A stretch of DNA of 63,751 nt, filler included, from Olpidium bornovanus S191 (taxonomy: Eukaryota; Fungi; Olpidiomycota), in assembly GCA_017911155.1 (NCBI GenBank). It is 30 parts of 30 records of this genome, joined end to end, with 100 filler letters (N's around TTAATTAATTAA, not from the genome) between each part and the next. Parts side by side here need not be neighbours in the genome. Positions count along the whole stretch, not along the records: positions 1 to 1,875 come from JAEFCI010002054.1; positions 1,976 to 3,638 come from JAEFCI010006935.1; positions 3,739 to 5,653 come from JAEFCI010011431.1; positions 5,754 to 7,449 come from JAEFCI010013490.1; positions 7,550 to 8,620 come from JAEFCI010000670.1; positions 8,721 to 10,914 come from JAEFCI010013036.1; 24 more parts are not named here. One strand, written 5' to 3'. Within the stretch, counting starts at the first letter, position 1, and every line of letters begins with the position of its first letter. A model generated the notes under the pieces. That model was not told the DNA's origin, did no database searches, and saw nothing but the letters and a program-made list of their open reading frames with translations. This document shows positions 1 through 9,245 of this stretch, in pieces. The position numbers were made by a program, and so were the translations under genes.

Positions 1-29
1 CATGGCACTTCTTTTTTTTTTTGGGCGAC

Positions 30-240
30 CGGCGCATCTTCTTTTAACAGGCGCATCTTCTTTTTTTTGCGACGTACGGATTTTTTTTTTTGGACGTGCG
101 AATCTTCTTTTCTTTATGACGTGCGAATCTTTTATTTTTCGGAGATGCGCATCTTCGTTTGAACTGCGCAACTTTTTTTAATGCATCTTCTCGCATCTTC
201 TTTTGACGGGCACATCTTCTTTCTTTTTTTTGCGGCAGGC
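30..240. repeat. Degenerate tandem repeat (GCGCATCTTC + T-run)
   Basis: GCGCATCTTC, GTGCGAATCTT and GCACATCTTC units recur between T tracts at the 3' side of gag. Confidence 0.7.
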
Positions 241-940
241 TCGAAGGGCGCTTCCCAACAAGGGGTTCCTCCGACATGCGCCTCCTCTGGTCCGCCTCTC
301 GCAGGACTGATATGGTTTCCCCCAGAGATGGCCGGTGCCATTTGCCGTCCCTTGAGTTTCTCCTTGTGCCGCTTTCGAGGGCGTCAATCGTGGTTCCGAG
401 GAAGGGGAGACACCCCATCAGAAGGACGTCCCTGGTCTCGCGTTCCCAGTCGTTCTTCTCTCCCAGGTCGACTAGTCTCTGCACTTGGTCCTTCACACGC
501 GTGACGTATTGGTCGAAGATCTTGTCGCTGCCCATCTCTGTGTTGTATAAAGTCTTTTTCAGCCTCAGTCTGGCGCTGGACCCCCCGCTTAAATATTGGA
601 TCATTATTAGGTATACAATTAATTATACAAGTAATGAAGACTCAGCGCGTCCCAAGCTTCCTTAGAGGTCTCTGTCCCCTTTAAGAGATGCTTATACAAG
701 CTTCCCACATGTAGGTACACTTCGCCATATGCTTCCCCATCTTGGCCTTCCCATGTGCGTGCCGCTGCCTCGTTGGCCCGTGTAGGTCGCGCCTCACGAC
801 CTGTGACGTATGCCCACAGGCCCTTCCTCAGAAGGACAGCCCCAATGTCCTCCTTCCATGAGACCCAGTTTGTCTCGTTGAGCTGGCTTATAATGAGACG
901 TCCACCCGAGCGCGGTTTTGCGTCAACTCGCTCGCCCCAT
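44..940 (-). pseudogene. Ty1/copia gag, frameshifted
   Basis: Minus-strand frames join into a copia gag: QLNETNWVSWKEDIGAVLLRKGLWAYVTG...WEGQDGEAYGEVYLHV, then TSKEAWDALSLHY, then LSGGSSARLRLKKTLYNTEMGSDKIFDQYVTRVKDQVQRLVDLG...VLLMGCLP (DUF4219/UBN2-type pattern). At least three frame lesions. Confidence 0.85.
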
Positions 941-984
941 GATGAGGTTGGGCTGTGCCCCCGCGTCCTCCTGAGTTACGCGTT

Positions 985-1120
985 TCGTTCCGCGGCGCTC
1001 CTCGCGCTTCCCGCGTTTCCCGCCGGGCTGCGCTTCTCGGGCTTCCCGCCGGACTGCGGTTTGCGCGCTTCCCGCCAAACTGCGCTTCCCGCGCTTCCCG
1101 CGCTTCGTGCGCGGCGCTTC
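985..1120. repeat. GC-rich tandem repeat in the copia leader
   Basis: Repeated GCGCTTCCCGC-like units between the primer site and the gag start. Confidence 0.7.
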
Positions 1121-1153
1121 TTCTTGTTCTCTTAGGGACAGGGCAGCCGCGTT

Positions 1154-1265
1154 GGGCTCATAACCTGTTTGTCTATTTTGTGTGTGTGCGAGGGCTGACG
1201 GTCGAAGAGCGGTACTGAAAACGGGTGGGAGCTATCTGCGCTGTTATAGGACATAACGGCCAACA
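1154..1265 (-). mobile_element. Copia primer-binding site (1154-1165) and candidate 100-bp 5' LTR (1166-1265)
   Basis: Element sense reads TGTTGG...CAAACA followed by GGTTATGAGCCC, which is complementary to the anticodon stem-loop of initiator tRNA-Met. TGTT/AACA termini; gag lies downstream on the same strand. The far LTR boundary is inferred from termini only. Confidence 0.75.
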
Positions 1266-1875
1266 GAAGCCTCCTCCGTTTGGCCCCGCGACGCGACCTC
1301 GCAATCTCGGCATCCTCCTCCCTCCGTCGCCTCTGCTCGCAATTCCGAATCCCGCGAATTTCAAGCCAAAGCCCGAAAAAGGGTGGGTGAGGACGGCCCT
1401 TCGGCGTGTGCTATGTCGTCGAGAACACCAAAAGCGAGAACACCAAAAACTTGCTTTTTCCTGATTCCCAAAAAAAAACTCGTCACGGCTGATTTCAAAA
1501 TCTCCTGGTTTGTCGCGGCGCTTGCCTACGCCCGTCAAACCCCTTTCCCCTGCCTCGCCTGAAGCTTTGCGTGCGCGAGCCCTCTTCGTCTCGCCGGATT
1601 CAACTCAAGGGGCGTGACCGAAAGGGAAGGGGGGGGGGGGAACGCCGCTGTGTGCTTCGCCCTGAAGGGCGCCGGAAAAGATCACGGCGAGGAGGGCAGT
1701 GCAGGACAACCGACCGTGCCAGATGTCGCACTGCGCGCCGGGCACCCCGATGGAGCATGTAAGTCGGACCCAACGTAAGCGGCCGCGAGCGCCTGCGAAA
1801 GCTGTTACTTTACGTTAAAAATGTACCTTTTCCGGGCCCGCTCGTACATCGGGGAAAAGCTAAAAGATGCAAACA

Positions 1876-1975
1876 NNNNNNNNNNNNNNNNNNNNNNNNN
1901 NNNNNNNNNNNNNNNNNNNTTAATTAATTAANNNNNNNNNNNNNNNNNNNNNNNNNNNNNNNNNNNNNNNNNNNN
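1876..1975. other. Artificial contig spacer (44 N + TTAATTAATTAA + 44 N); first of 29
   Basis: The same palindromic 12-mer with stops in all six frames recurs at about 1920, 3683, 5698, 7494, 8665, 10959, 14052, 15286, 17771, 20185, 22192, 24900, 26002, 28572, 31350, 33494, 34865, 36945, 40164, 41558, 43551, 44713, 46233, 51537, 53983, 56040, 57380, 59690 and 62647. Confidence 0.99.
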
Positions 1976-2839
1976 CATGAACTTGCCCAGGTGGTGCTCG
2001 GCCAGGCAACGCGGCAGAATACGGCAAATTGGTACCCCATCCTTGCGAGCAGCGGGAGCGCGGGGATGGGCAGGCTTCGCGCGCGCACACCAAGCGGCCG
2101 CTGTCTTCGGAAATCGTGCTTGGAGGCGACCGGCAGGATTACCACGGCATTCGACGCAGAGTTTTAAGGCATTGTTTGACCAAAGGACTCGCTGAAAAAC
2201 GTAAAGACAGGATTCGCTAAGGGATCCGCTGCAGAGTTCAAGGCCGGATCTACAACAGGTTTTGCTGCTGGGTTACTGGTTTTTGTCCCCGGATTTGCCG
2301 CAGAATTCCAGGGGCATCGCCGCAGGATATGCTGAAAAAATTGTGGGAGAATTTACCTAGAATTTACAGCAAAACTTATGCTCAGGAAGTGCGGCAGATT
2401 TGTGGTGGATTTTGTTTTTTTTTTAGTGATTTCAAGATTTGTGGCAGAATTTTTGCGGAGCAATTCGCGGCAAAATTTTGACACAAAATTCCGATGCAAT
2501 CTTTGCAGCAGTTTGTCGCAGAATTATTTGGGGTTCAACTCAATGTTCACGGTGAGGCTAGGGGTAACCCTGACATCACCTCTGAAAGAGCGGAGCTCAT
2601 CGAGATGTAATAAATTGTCGTTGTTGGTGTGTTGTGTTTTGAATTTTGCGCCCGTGGCTGTCACGAGGTGGGATACGTGTGGAAAAAGTAAAATGGCTGG
2701 TCACGTGTTCTCTCCGACTGTTTTCGCGTCGGCGCGCTGCCCTCTCAGCGTCCACGTCTTCAACCGAACGTGCCCCGCGACTTTTTGGAATCTTGCGAGG
2801 TGGGAACGGCAACAGCACCGCGAGCGCCGGGCCGCCGTC

Positions 2840-3577
2840 ATGGATGTCGACTACGTCGTCCGCACCCTGAGGCACAGCGCGTCAGGTGGGGCCCGCTGCC
2901 GACTTCTTGGATGCGGTCCAGTTCTTGGACGAGGAGCGCAACGCGCGGCGCGAGGATTATTGACCGCTCGGAGTTCCTTGCACCTGTAGGCCAAAAGCTG
3001 GAAGCGCTTTCTACGTTTCGAGAGGCGTTAGAGGCAGGGACTGTTCATTTCGAGGTGCTCTGCTTGATCTCAAAAGCCTCTGTTTCTCAGACGTCTTTTT
3101 GAGGGGGAAGGGGGGAGGGGGGGGGCGCGCATCCGGCGGGATGAAAAAAAATCAGGCGAGGCCTTCCTCACGCGTTGTCTTTCCAACTCTTCCACCACCT
3201 CGTCCTTCAACTACCAGGCCGACAGGCTCCATGAACTTATCGGCGCCGTGGCCCGGGCGGTCAAGGCGCCGAATCAGAACTTGTCAACGGAAGCGCTCTG
3301 CGTTCTAGGGCCGTTGGTGGCCGAAGTACTCCAGAGAGAGGCCGGCATGTTAAAGACCCACGTAATTCCGCAACTCCTCCAACCCCTTATCGACCGGTTG
3401 GCCGACACGCGCGACAGGACCCGCGAGCTGGCACGGAATGTCTTGGTGCAGTTCTGGTCGGCGGCTTGGTCTATAAGGGAGCACGACGCGACGACGTCAG
3501 CCGCGCTGCTCGCATCCCTAGAGGATGAATTTAAAAATGCGGTATTTGGTCACAAATCTTGGAAAGTCCGCGAGCAG
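2840..3577 (+). CDS. STU1: CLASP/Stu1 microtubule regulator, N-terminal TOG domain (partial)
   Basis: Exons 2840-2885, 2990-3054 and 3218-3577 with GT-AG introns splice in frame: MDVDYVVRTLRHSASGQKLEALSTF...PQLLQPLIDRLADTRDRTRELARNVL...FGHKSWKVREQ (CLASP TOG1 HEAT pattern). Confidence 0.75.
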
Positions 3578-3799
3578 GTGGGAACGATAACGGAAAGCCG
3601 GGGGATGGGTGGGCAGTTTGCAAGAGTTTTTACGCATGNNNNNNNNNNNNNNNNNNNNNNNNNNNNNNNNNNNNNNNNNNNNTTAATTAATTAANNNNNN
3701 NNNNNNNNNNNNNNNNNNNNNNNNNNNNNNNNNNNNNNATATCAGATTCTCAGGGGTTTTGTTGAATGTTATCACTTTAGTTTCAACTCGGTGCGCAAG

Positions 3800-5653
3800 C
3801 ACAGTATCTTACTTTTATGTTACTGGCTCTCACGGCGGGCGCCGAGATGGAACTCATGATGCAGGCTGGTTCTCATCTGCACAACCTTCGAGCAAACGGG
3901 TGTGGACCGCATTGAGGGCGAATGAACCAGTCCTAGCTGAGGGAACGGTTGAGATTGACACAGATGGTGGCAACCGTCTATCCTTAAAAGAAGCTCTGCA
4001 CACACCGTCTTTCTGGATGCCTTTGTTTTCTGTCCCGGCCGCTACTTACCACGATTTGGACATCCTGTTCAAGGCCAATGGACGCGCACTAATACTGCAA
4101 GCCGGGAAGGTCATTGCCACTGCCACAAGGGATGACAACGACAGGCTATTCTACTTGGATGGAACGGCAAACCTGGCAGACTCAGGTGGGGTTGCAGTCG
4201 ATGCCAACAACAACCTGACATTGGCATCAGTGGCGACAGCGCCCTCGCGGCAACCGTCAGGATCGACATCGACGTGTGGCATGCGCGGATGGGGCACCTC
4301 GGGCAAGCCAAACTCCGCCTCTTACAACGGCAAGCAGAGGGTGAAATAACAAAAGCTCGACTTTGGACGCCAAGTGCAGTGAGGTGCGAACCTTGCCAAC
4401 TGGGCAAGCAAACTCGCAAACCGCACCCACCAAGTGACAACGCATCCGGTAAAGCGGATGAAACTGTCCACGTAGACCTGACAGGTCCTTACCCGACTTC
4501 CAATTGAGAAGAAGAAGTCGCCGTTGCCTGCAGCCCAGCGCTGGCTGCGTTTTTCCGCCGGGCGGCGTTTTGCGCCGGGAAGAAAGAAAAAAAAAAAAAA
4601 AAAAAAAAAGGGGGACGACGCCACACAACGCTCCCCCAGAACCGTCCTTTTTTGCCGGGCCACGCGGGCAGAATCCCTTCCGAGACACCTCTGAGTCTCC
4701 CCCGAGACCTCTTGAGACCTCCGAGACCCCTTCCGAAGAAGGCGCCGCGTGACCATGGAGGCGGCCAAGGCGGCCGCGGCGGTGGCCGCGTGAACCGCGC
4801 CGGCGGCAAAGGTGTCTGCGGCGGCGGCCGTGTGAACCAGGGAGGCGGCCCAAGGCGGCCGCGTGAACCATGGAAGCGGCCAAGGCGGCCGCGGCAGCGG
4901 CAGCGTGTGCCATGGAGGCGGCCCAAGGAGGCCGCGGCGGCGGCCGCGTGATGGAGACGACGACCGCGTTAACCATGGTTGACGGTGACCTCGTGAACGC
5001 CACGCGTCAACCGTCAAACCGTCAACCATGGGCAAGCACCATGGGCAAACGTGACGCAAACGGCAGGCCGCGTGAACGCCACGCGGAACACCCTCACCGT
5101 TAACCATGGGCAAAGCACCATGGTCAACCATGGTGCAGCGGTTGGGGCAACAGGTCGTGTGCATAAATAGCAGGCCCCACTCGTTGAAAGGTTTTCTTCA
5201 CCCAACTTCCCAAAAGAAAACCCAACACAAAGAATAGCAAAGCGCCAAGTCGCGAATACTTTTTCCCTGTTCTTGTACTTTCCTACTAAAAGCGAAAAGA
5301 AAGACAAAGACTCCTAAAACCTGTCCACTTGCAATTCTTCCATTCATGGGAACAAGTACGCAATGATCTGCGTCGGGCCCAAAAGGCGGGCAAGGAGCTA
5401 CTTCATCCAGTCAAAAGACAGCGCACTGACGCAGGCTGCCATGGAGGATTATCTACCGCATGTGGAGAGGCAAGGCTTCATCATCCGCGCACACTGTTCC
5501 GACAGAGGGGGAGAGTTCATGAGCGACACGTACCAAACAATGCTGCGGACCAAAGGGATCCGCATTGAGACAACTGCGCAAGAAACCCCGCAGCAAAACG
5601 GAATCGTCGAACGCATTAATATGACTCTCGGAGAACGGACCAGGGCAACCATG
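3800..5653 (+). mobile_element. Ty1/copia pol (protease, GAG-pre-integrase, integrase core), degenerate and interrupted
   Basis: Protease-region pattern EGTVEI...LSLKEALHTPSFWMPLFSV...RLFYL; zinc finger WHARMGHLG...CEPCQLGKQTRKP...VHVDLTGP; core SDRGGEF...GIRIETTAQETPQQNGIVERINMTLGERTRATM. Frameshift near 4270 and an insertion at 4502-5336. Confidence 0.95.
4502..5336. mobile_element. 835-bp non-coding insertion with AATTG/CAATT termini and CTTCC target-site duplication
   Basis: CTTCC at 4497-4501 and 5337-5341. Removing the insert plus one copy restores the integrase frame (DLTGPYPTS-IHGNKYAMICV). Internal poly-A and GC-rich degenerate repeats. Confidence 0.85.
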
Positions 5654-5924
5654 NNNNNNNNNNNNNNNNNNNNNNNNNNNNNNNNNNNNNNNNNNNNTTA
5701 ATTAATTAANNNNNNNNNNNNNNNNNNNNNNNNNNNNNNNNNNNNNNNNNNNNGGGGTCCCCCCCCCCCGGGCCCCAAAACCCCCCCCCCCCCCCCACCC
5801 AAAAAGAACAAAAAATAAAAAAAAAAAAAAAAAAAAACCGCTTCTCCACCTCTCCACTCCACCTCCTCCGCCTGCTTTCGCTTCCCTTTCCAACGCCCCG
5901 ACCGACGGCCGTTCCCCACCAACC

Positions 5925-6344
5925 ATGCCGCGTCACATAGTCTACCGCGACATGACCCTCCGGGCGTGCGTCGCCGCCACGGAGGTGGCCAGGCGGGCCG
6001 TCAAGTTCGTGGCAAGGAACACGCTCTTGCCCGCACGCCTGCGCGTCAAGGCACAACTCGAGCTCAACTCGTTCCCGCGTTGGACCCGGCCTAGTGGCAT
6101 CAGAGACCGCTGCGTGCTCTCGGGCAGGGGTTCCCAGATCATCGGCGATTTCAAGCTCAACAAGAATATGTTCCGCGTCCTGGCAAAGAGGAAACAGCTC
6201 CCGGGAGTGCACGAATTCAGACCCAAACGTGATGACCTCCGCCAACTGGAAATTGTGCAAGAGTGGAAGACGCACCATAATAAAATGAAGGCGCTCGGGA
6301 AGGCGCCATCCGAAAGTGGCTTGAGGCTGAAAGGAAACCGATAA
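5925..6344 (+). CDS. MRP2: Mitochondrial ribosomal protein S14 (uS14m)
   Basis: RDMTLRACVAATEVARRAVKFVARNTLLP...AQLELNSFPRWTRPSGIRDRCVLSGRG...FRVLAKRKQLPGV; intronless, 139 aa. Confidence 0.9.
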   Translation: MPRHIVYRDMTLRACVAATEVARRAVKFVARNTLLPARLRVKAQLELNSFPRWTRPSGIRDRCVLSGRGSQIIGDFKLNKNMFRVLAKRKQLPGVHEFRPKRDDLRQLEIVQEWKTHHNKMKALGKAPSESGLRLKGNR

Positions 6345-7285
6345 GGTGGGGAGCATGGGTAAAGCCTGGCGGGATGCGTCTCCGGCATTCCGGAGGAGGA
6401 GTACGAGGCTGCCGTTCTCGATGTTCGCGCGACACTGTTTTTCTGACTGGCATGTCCTCCTCAGGTGTTTGTTTCCCTTGTTTCCTTACTTTGATAGTTT
6501 GTCGCGCTGGCTTAGTGATAGGAAATTTCCTCGTGGTCGACATGCAATGTGACGACCGTCATCTTCCTGTAACTCTGATTAAAACATTAATATGCGATGT
6601 CGTCGGTGTGAGGTATGACCTTCGCAAATAGTGCACCCTGTGGGTCGTCCCGTTTTGTCCGCGTCCTCGCAGTAGATTGCTGCAATAAACAAGTTTGTGT
6701 GCCTGGAAGTCCCAGGGATCACATTTGGTGTGATCCTCGTCATACATAGTGGTGTCGAGCTCGTTTGAGAAACCGCGGCAAACACAAATAGCGTTTATAG
6801 AAGCTGCGTTCCAGATGTTTATTGAGATGCTCATCTTTCTCGGTCTGCAGCCTTTTCGCGGAGAGGTGCGAAGTGGCAAACCCTCCATTCCAATTTCGGA
6901 TTAGCGTAACTTGCCGCGACATTTCCAATAAACGTGTCGTAAAATCCATGATGACTGGGGGTGCTGTCGGGCCTTTCCCATAAATACGCCGGATCATTCT
7001 TATAAACGTATATAAAGCGACATAATTATGTTATGTGCCCGGTAATCTCCGTAGGTGCAATGTAATCCACAGGTAGTGTAATGTCCCAAATCATTCCTAT
7101 TGTAACTGCTGTCGTACGCAAAGCATTCGACGGCCGGGGAATCGAAGTTTCCCCTGTCATTGGACGGCGCAACCTACGTAGCTCCGCCTCCAACGCAGGA
7201 GCAAACAACTAGAAAACGAAAGAAGAAGCGTCGACCGTTTCCGGTTGCCCTTGGCTTTCTGGCGAACACAGCTCGAAGCCTTGAT

Positions 7286-7317
7286 CAAATTCCAACTAGG
7301 CTACTAGTTGGAATTTG
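7286..7317. other. Perfect hairpin, 14-bp stem and 4-nt loop
   Basis: CAAATTCCAACTAG-GCTA-CTAGTTGGAATTTG read directly. Confidence 0.9.
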
Positions 7318-7549
7318 TACTAGTCATTGTCATGGAATAGTACTAGGCTCATTGTGGTGGCGGTGAGGTAAACAGGAACAGAGGTTAATACAAAACATCT
7401 GCCAAACCAAATAAAACCCATTCTCCATCCCGTAAAACTTACTGGAGCANNNNNNNNNNNNNNNNNNNNNNNNNNNNNNNNNNNNNNNNNNNNTTAATTA
7501 ATTAANNNNNNNNNNNNNNNNNNNNNNNNNNNNNNNNNNNNNNNNNNNN

Positions 7550-8135
7550 CCAGCCAGTCTTCCTGTAGAGAAGATCGCAGCACCGCTGGGCTTGCTTGCG
7601 CTGGGATGGGCAAGCTGATCCTGATCAAACGGCATTTCGTGAGCGGTATGTGGTCGGTGGCGGCGGCGGCCGGTGAGCTGCGGCCGCGGCGATGGCGATG
7701 TCGATGGTGGCGAGCGGCGGCGGCGGCGGCGGCGATGAGCGGCGGCAGGTGAGCTGCCGGGAGGGTGACAGAGGGAGCGCCGGTGAGCGGCGGCTGGCGA
7801 TGGCAGCCGGTGAGCGGCGGCGATGGCGGAGAGCGGCCGGTGAGCGGCGGCTGCGAGGCGCCGGCCGGTGAAAGCTGCGGTGATGAGCAGCCGGTGAACG
7901 GCAGCGGCGGCAGCTGGGAGGCGGCGGCCGTCAAAGGAGGAAGGCGGCGGCGGCGGCGGCGGCAGCGGCAGGCGAGCTTCCCCCGTCAGGTCCGGTTTGG
8001 GCTCATAACCTGTTCGTGTTTGAGGGTTTCCGCAGGAGTGCGGGACGCGTCGCCTAACTTCCATTGCTACGAGAAAACTACGTTACTGTACATTGAGGGG
8101 TTCCGACCGGACGCACAGGCACACTAATTCTAACA
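7550..8135 (-). mobile_element. Second copia 5' end: candidate 125-bp LTR (8011-8135), primer site (7999-8010), repeat-rich leader
   Basis: Element sense TGTTAGAAT...ACGAACA then GGTTATGAGCCC; the leader is made of GGTGAGCGGCGG-type tandem repeats up to the contig end. Confidence 0.7.
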
Positions 8136-8183
8136 GGAAGCCCGACGGCGTCTACCGCAACCTCCAGGCGGTCCAGAGCAGCT

Positions 8184-8552
8184 TTGGATAGCGTCAAGAT
8201 TCTCAGGGAGCGTCACCGGAAGGAGGAAGCAGAGCAGCGCCACAGGGAGAAGCTAGAACAACTGCGTCATGAGCTGGCACGCGAAAAAGCAAAAGCAGAA
8301 GTAGAGCAAGCCCGCAGGATACGTGCTGAAGTCCATGCGCGAGAAATGGAAGCTGCACTACAATGCCACGAAGCGAGCGAAGAAAAAACGGAGGCGCCAG
8401 ACCTCAAAGAACAGTACAACGCCCTGGAACGAGCGCGCTGTCGGCGTCCAAGTGGTCGCTCACGCGGGCGCGTCGACGTCAGCCGCAGGATGACGTCATC
8501 CTGTTGCGCTGCCCTTTGCTTCTCTCCCCGTCGGGATCGATATGCGCATTAA
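8184..8552 (+). CDS. Coiled-coil ORF fragment, unknown
   Basis: E/R/K/A-rich heptad-like sequence ILRERHRKEEAEQRHREKLEQLRHELAREKAKAE; no family recognised. Confidence 0.3.
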   Translation: MDSVKILRERHRKEEAEQRHREKLEQLRHELAREKAKAEVEQARRIRAEVHAREMEAALQCHEASEEKTEAPDLKEQYNALERARCRRPSGRSRGRVDVSRRMTSSCCAALCFSPRRDRYAH

Positions 8553-9245
8553 TTCCCCACCCGACTTGCGCATTTCTGCAGACTTCCCTTCGACCCCCCC
8601 CTTCTTTTTGTTTTAGTCCGNNNNNNNNNNNNNNNNNNNNNNNNNNNNNNNNNNNNNNNNNNNNTTAATTAATTAANNNNNNNNNNNNNNNNNNNNNNNN
8701 NNNNNNNNNNNNNNNNNNNNCATGCATTCCCCCTCTTCCTCCGCGGGGTCTGTATTTTAAAGGAATAACCCCTTTCTGACTTTAGCACCTGCCGGTCGCA
8801 GAGTTTTGGGGAGAGCAAGATGACCTGCATCGCTTAATTAACCTCGCCTTCCCGCTTTGCTGCCACCGGGCGGCCGCCGCCTTGGACGGGGAGGAGGCCA
8901 CGCTCCTCGCAACCCGTCGGCTTTTCGGATTGGTGCTTCCTGGAAAACCAAAAAAAAAAAGAAAAGAAAAATCCGCCACGCGGATCGGGGAAGCGGTATC
9001 TGCGAGGCGTTTCTTTCTATTTTTTGTTTTCTTTCTCGTTCGAGGGCACAAGGGGAATGACGGAAAACTGGGGATACCAAAAAAAAAAAAAAAAAAAAAG
9101 GAGCGCCGTTTCCTTCGGCAAAACGCGCGGAAGAACCGTAAACGTGAGAACGGAAAAAAAACAAGGACGAGGAAATCAGAGAAAGGGACGGGAGGAGCAA
9201 ACGGCGAACGGGGCGGCCGCGCCTTCACGCGAAGCGGCCGCGCCT

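Noticed and set aside
1920-1931. TTAATTAATTAA regularly repeated, CRISPR-like or regulatory
   Set aside because: Always centred in exactly 88 Ns; a six-frame stop linker added during assembly.
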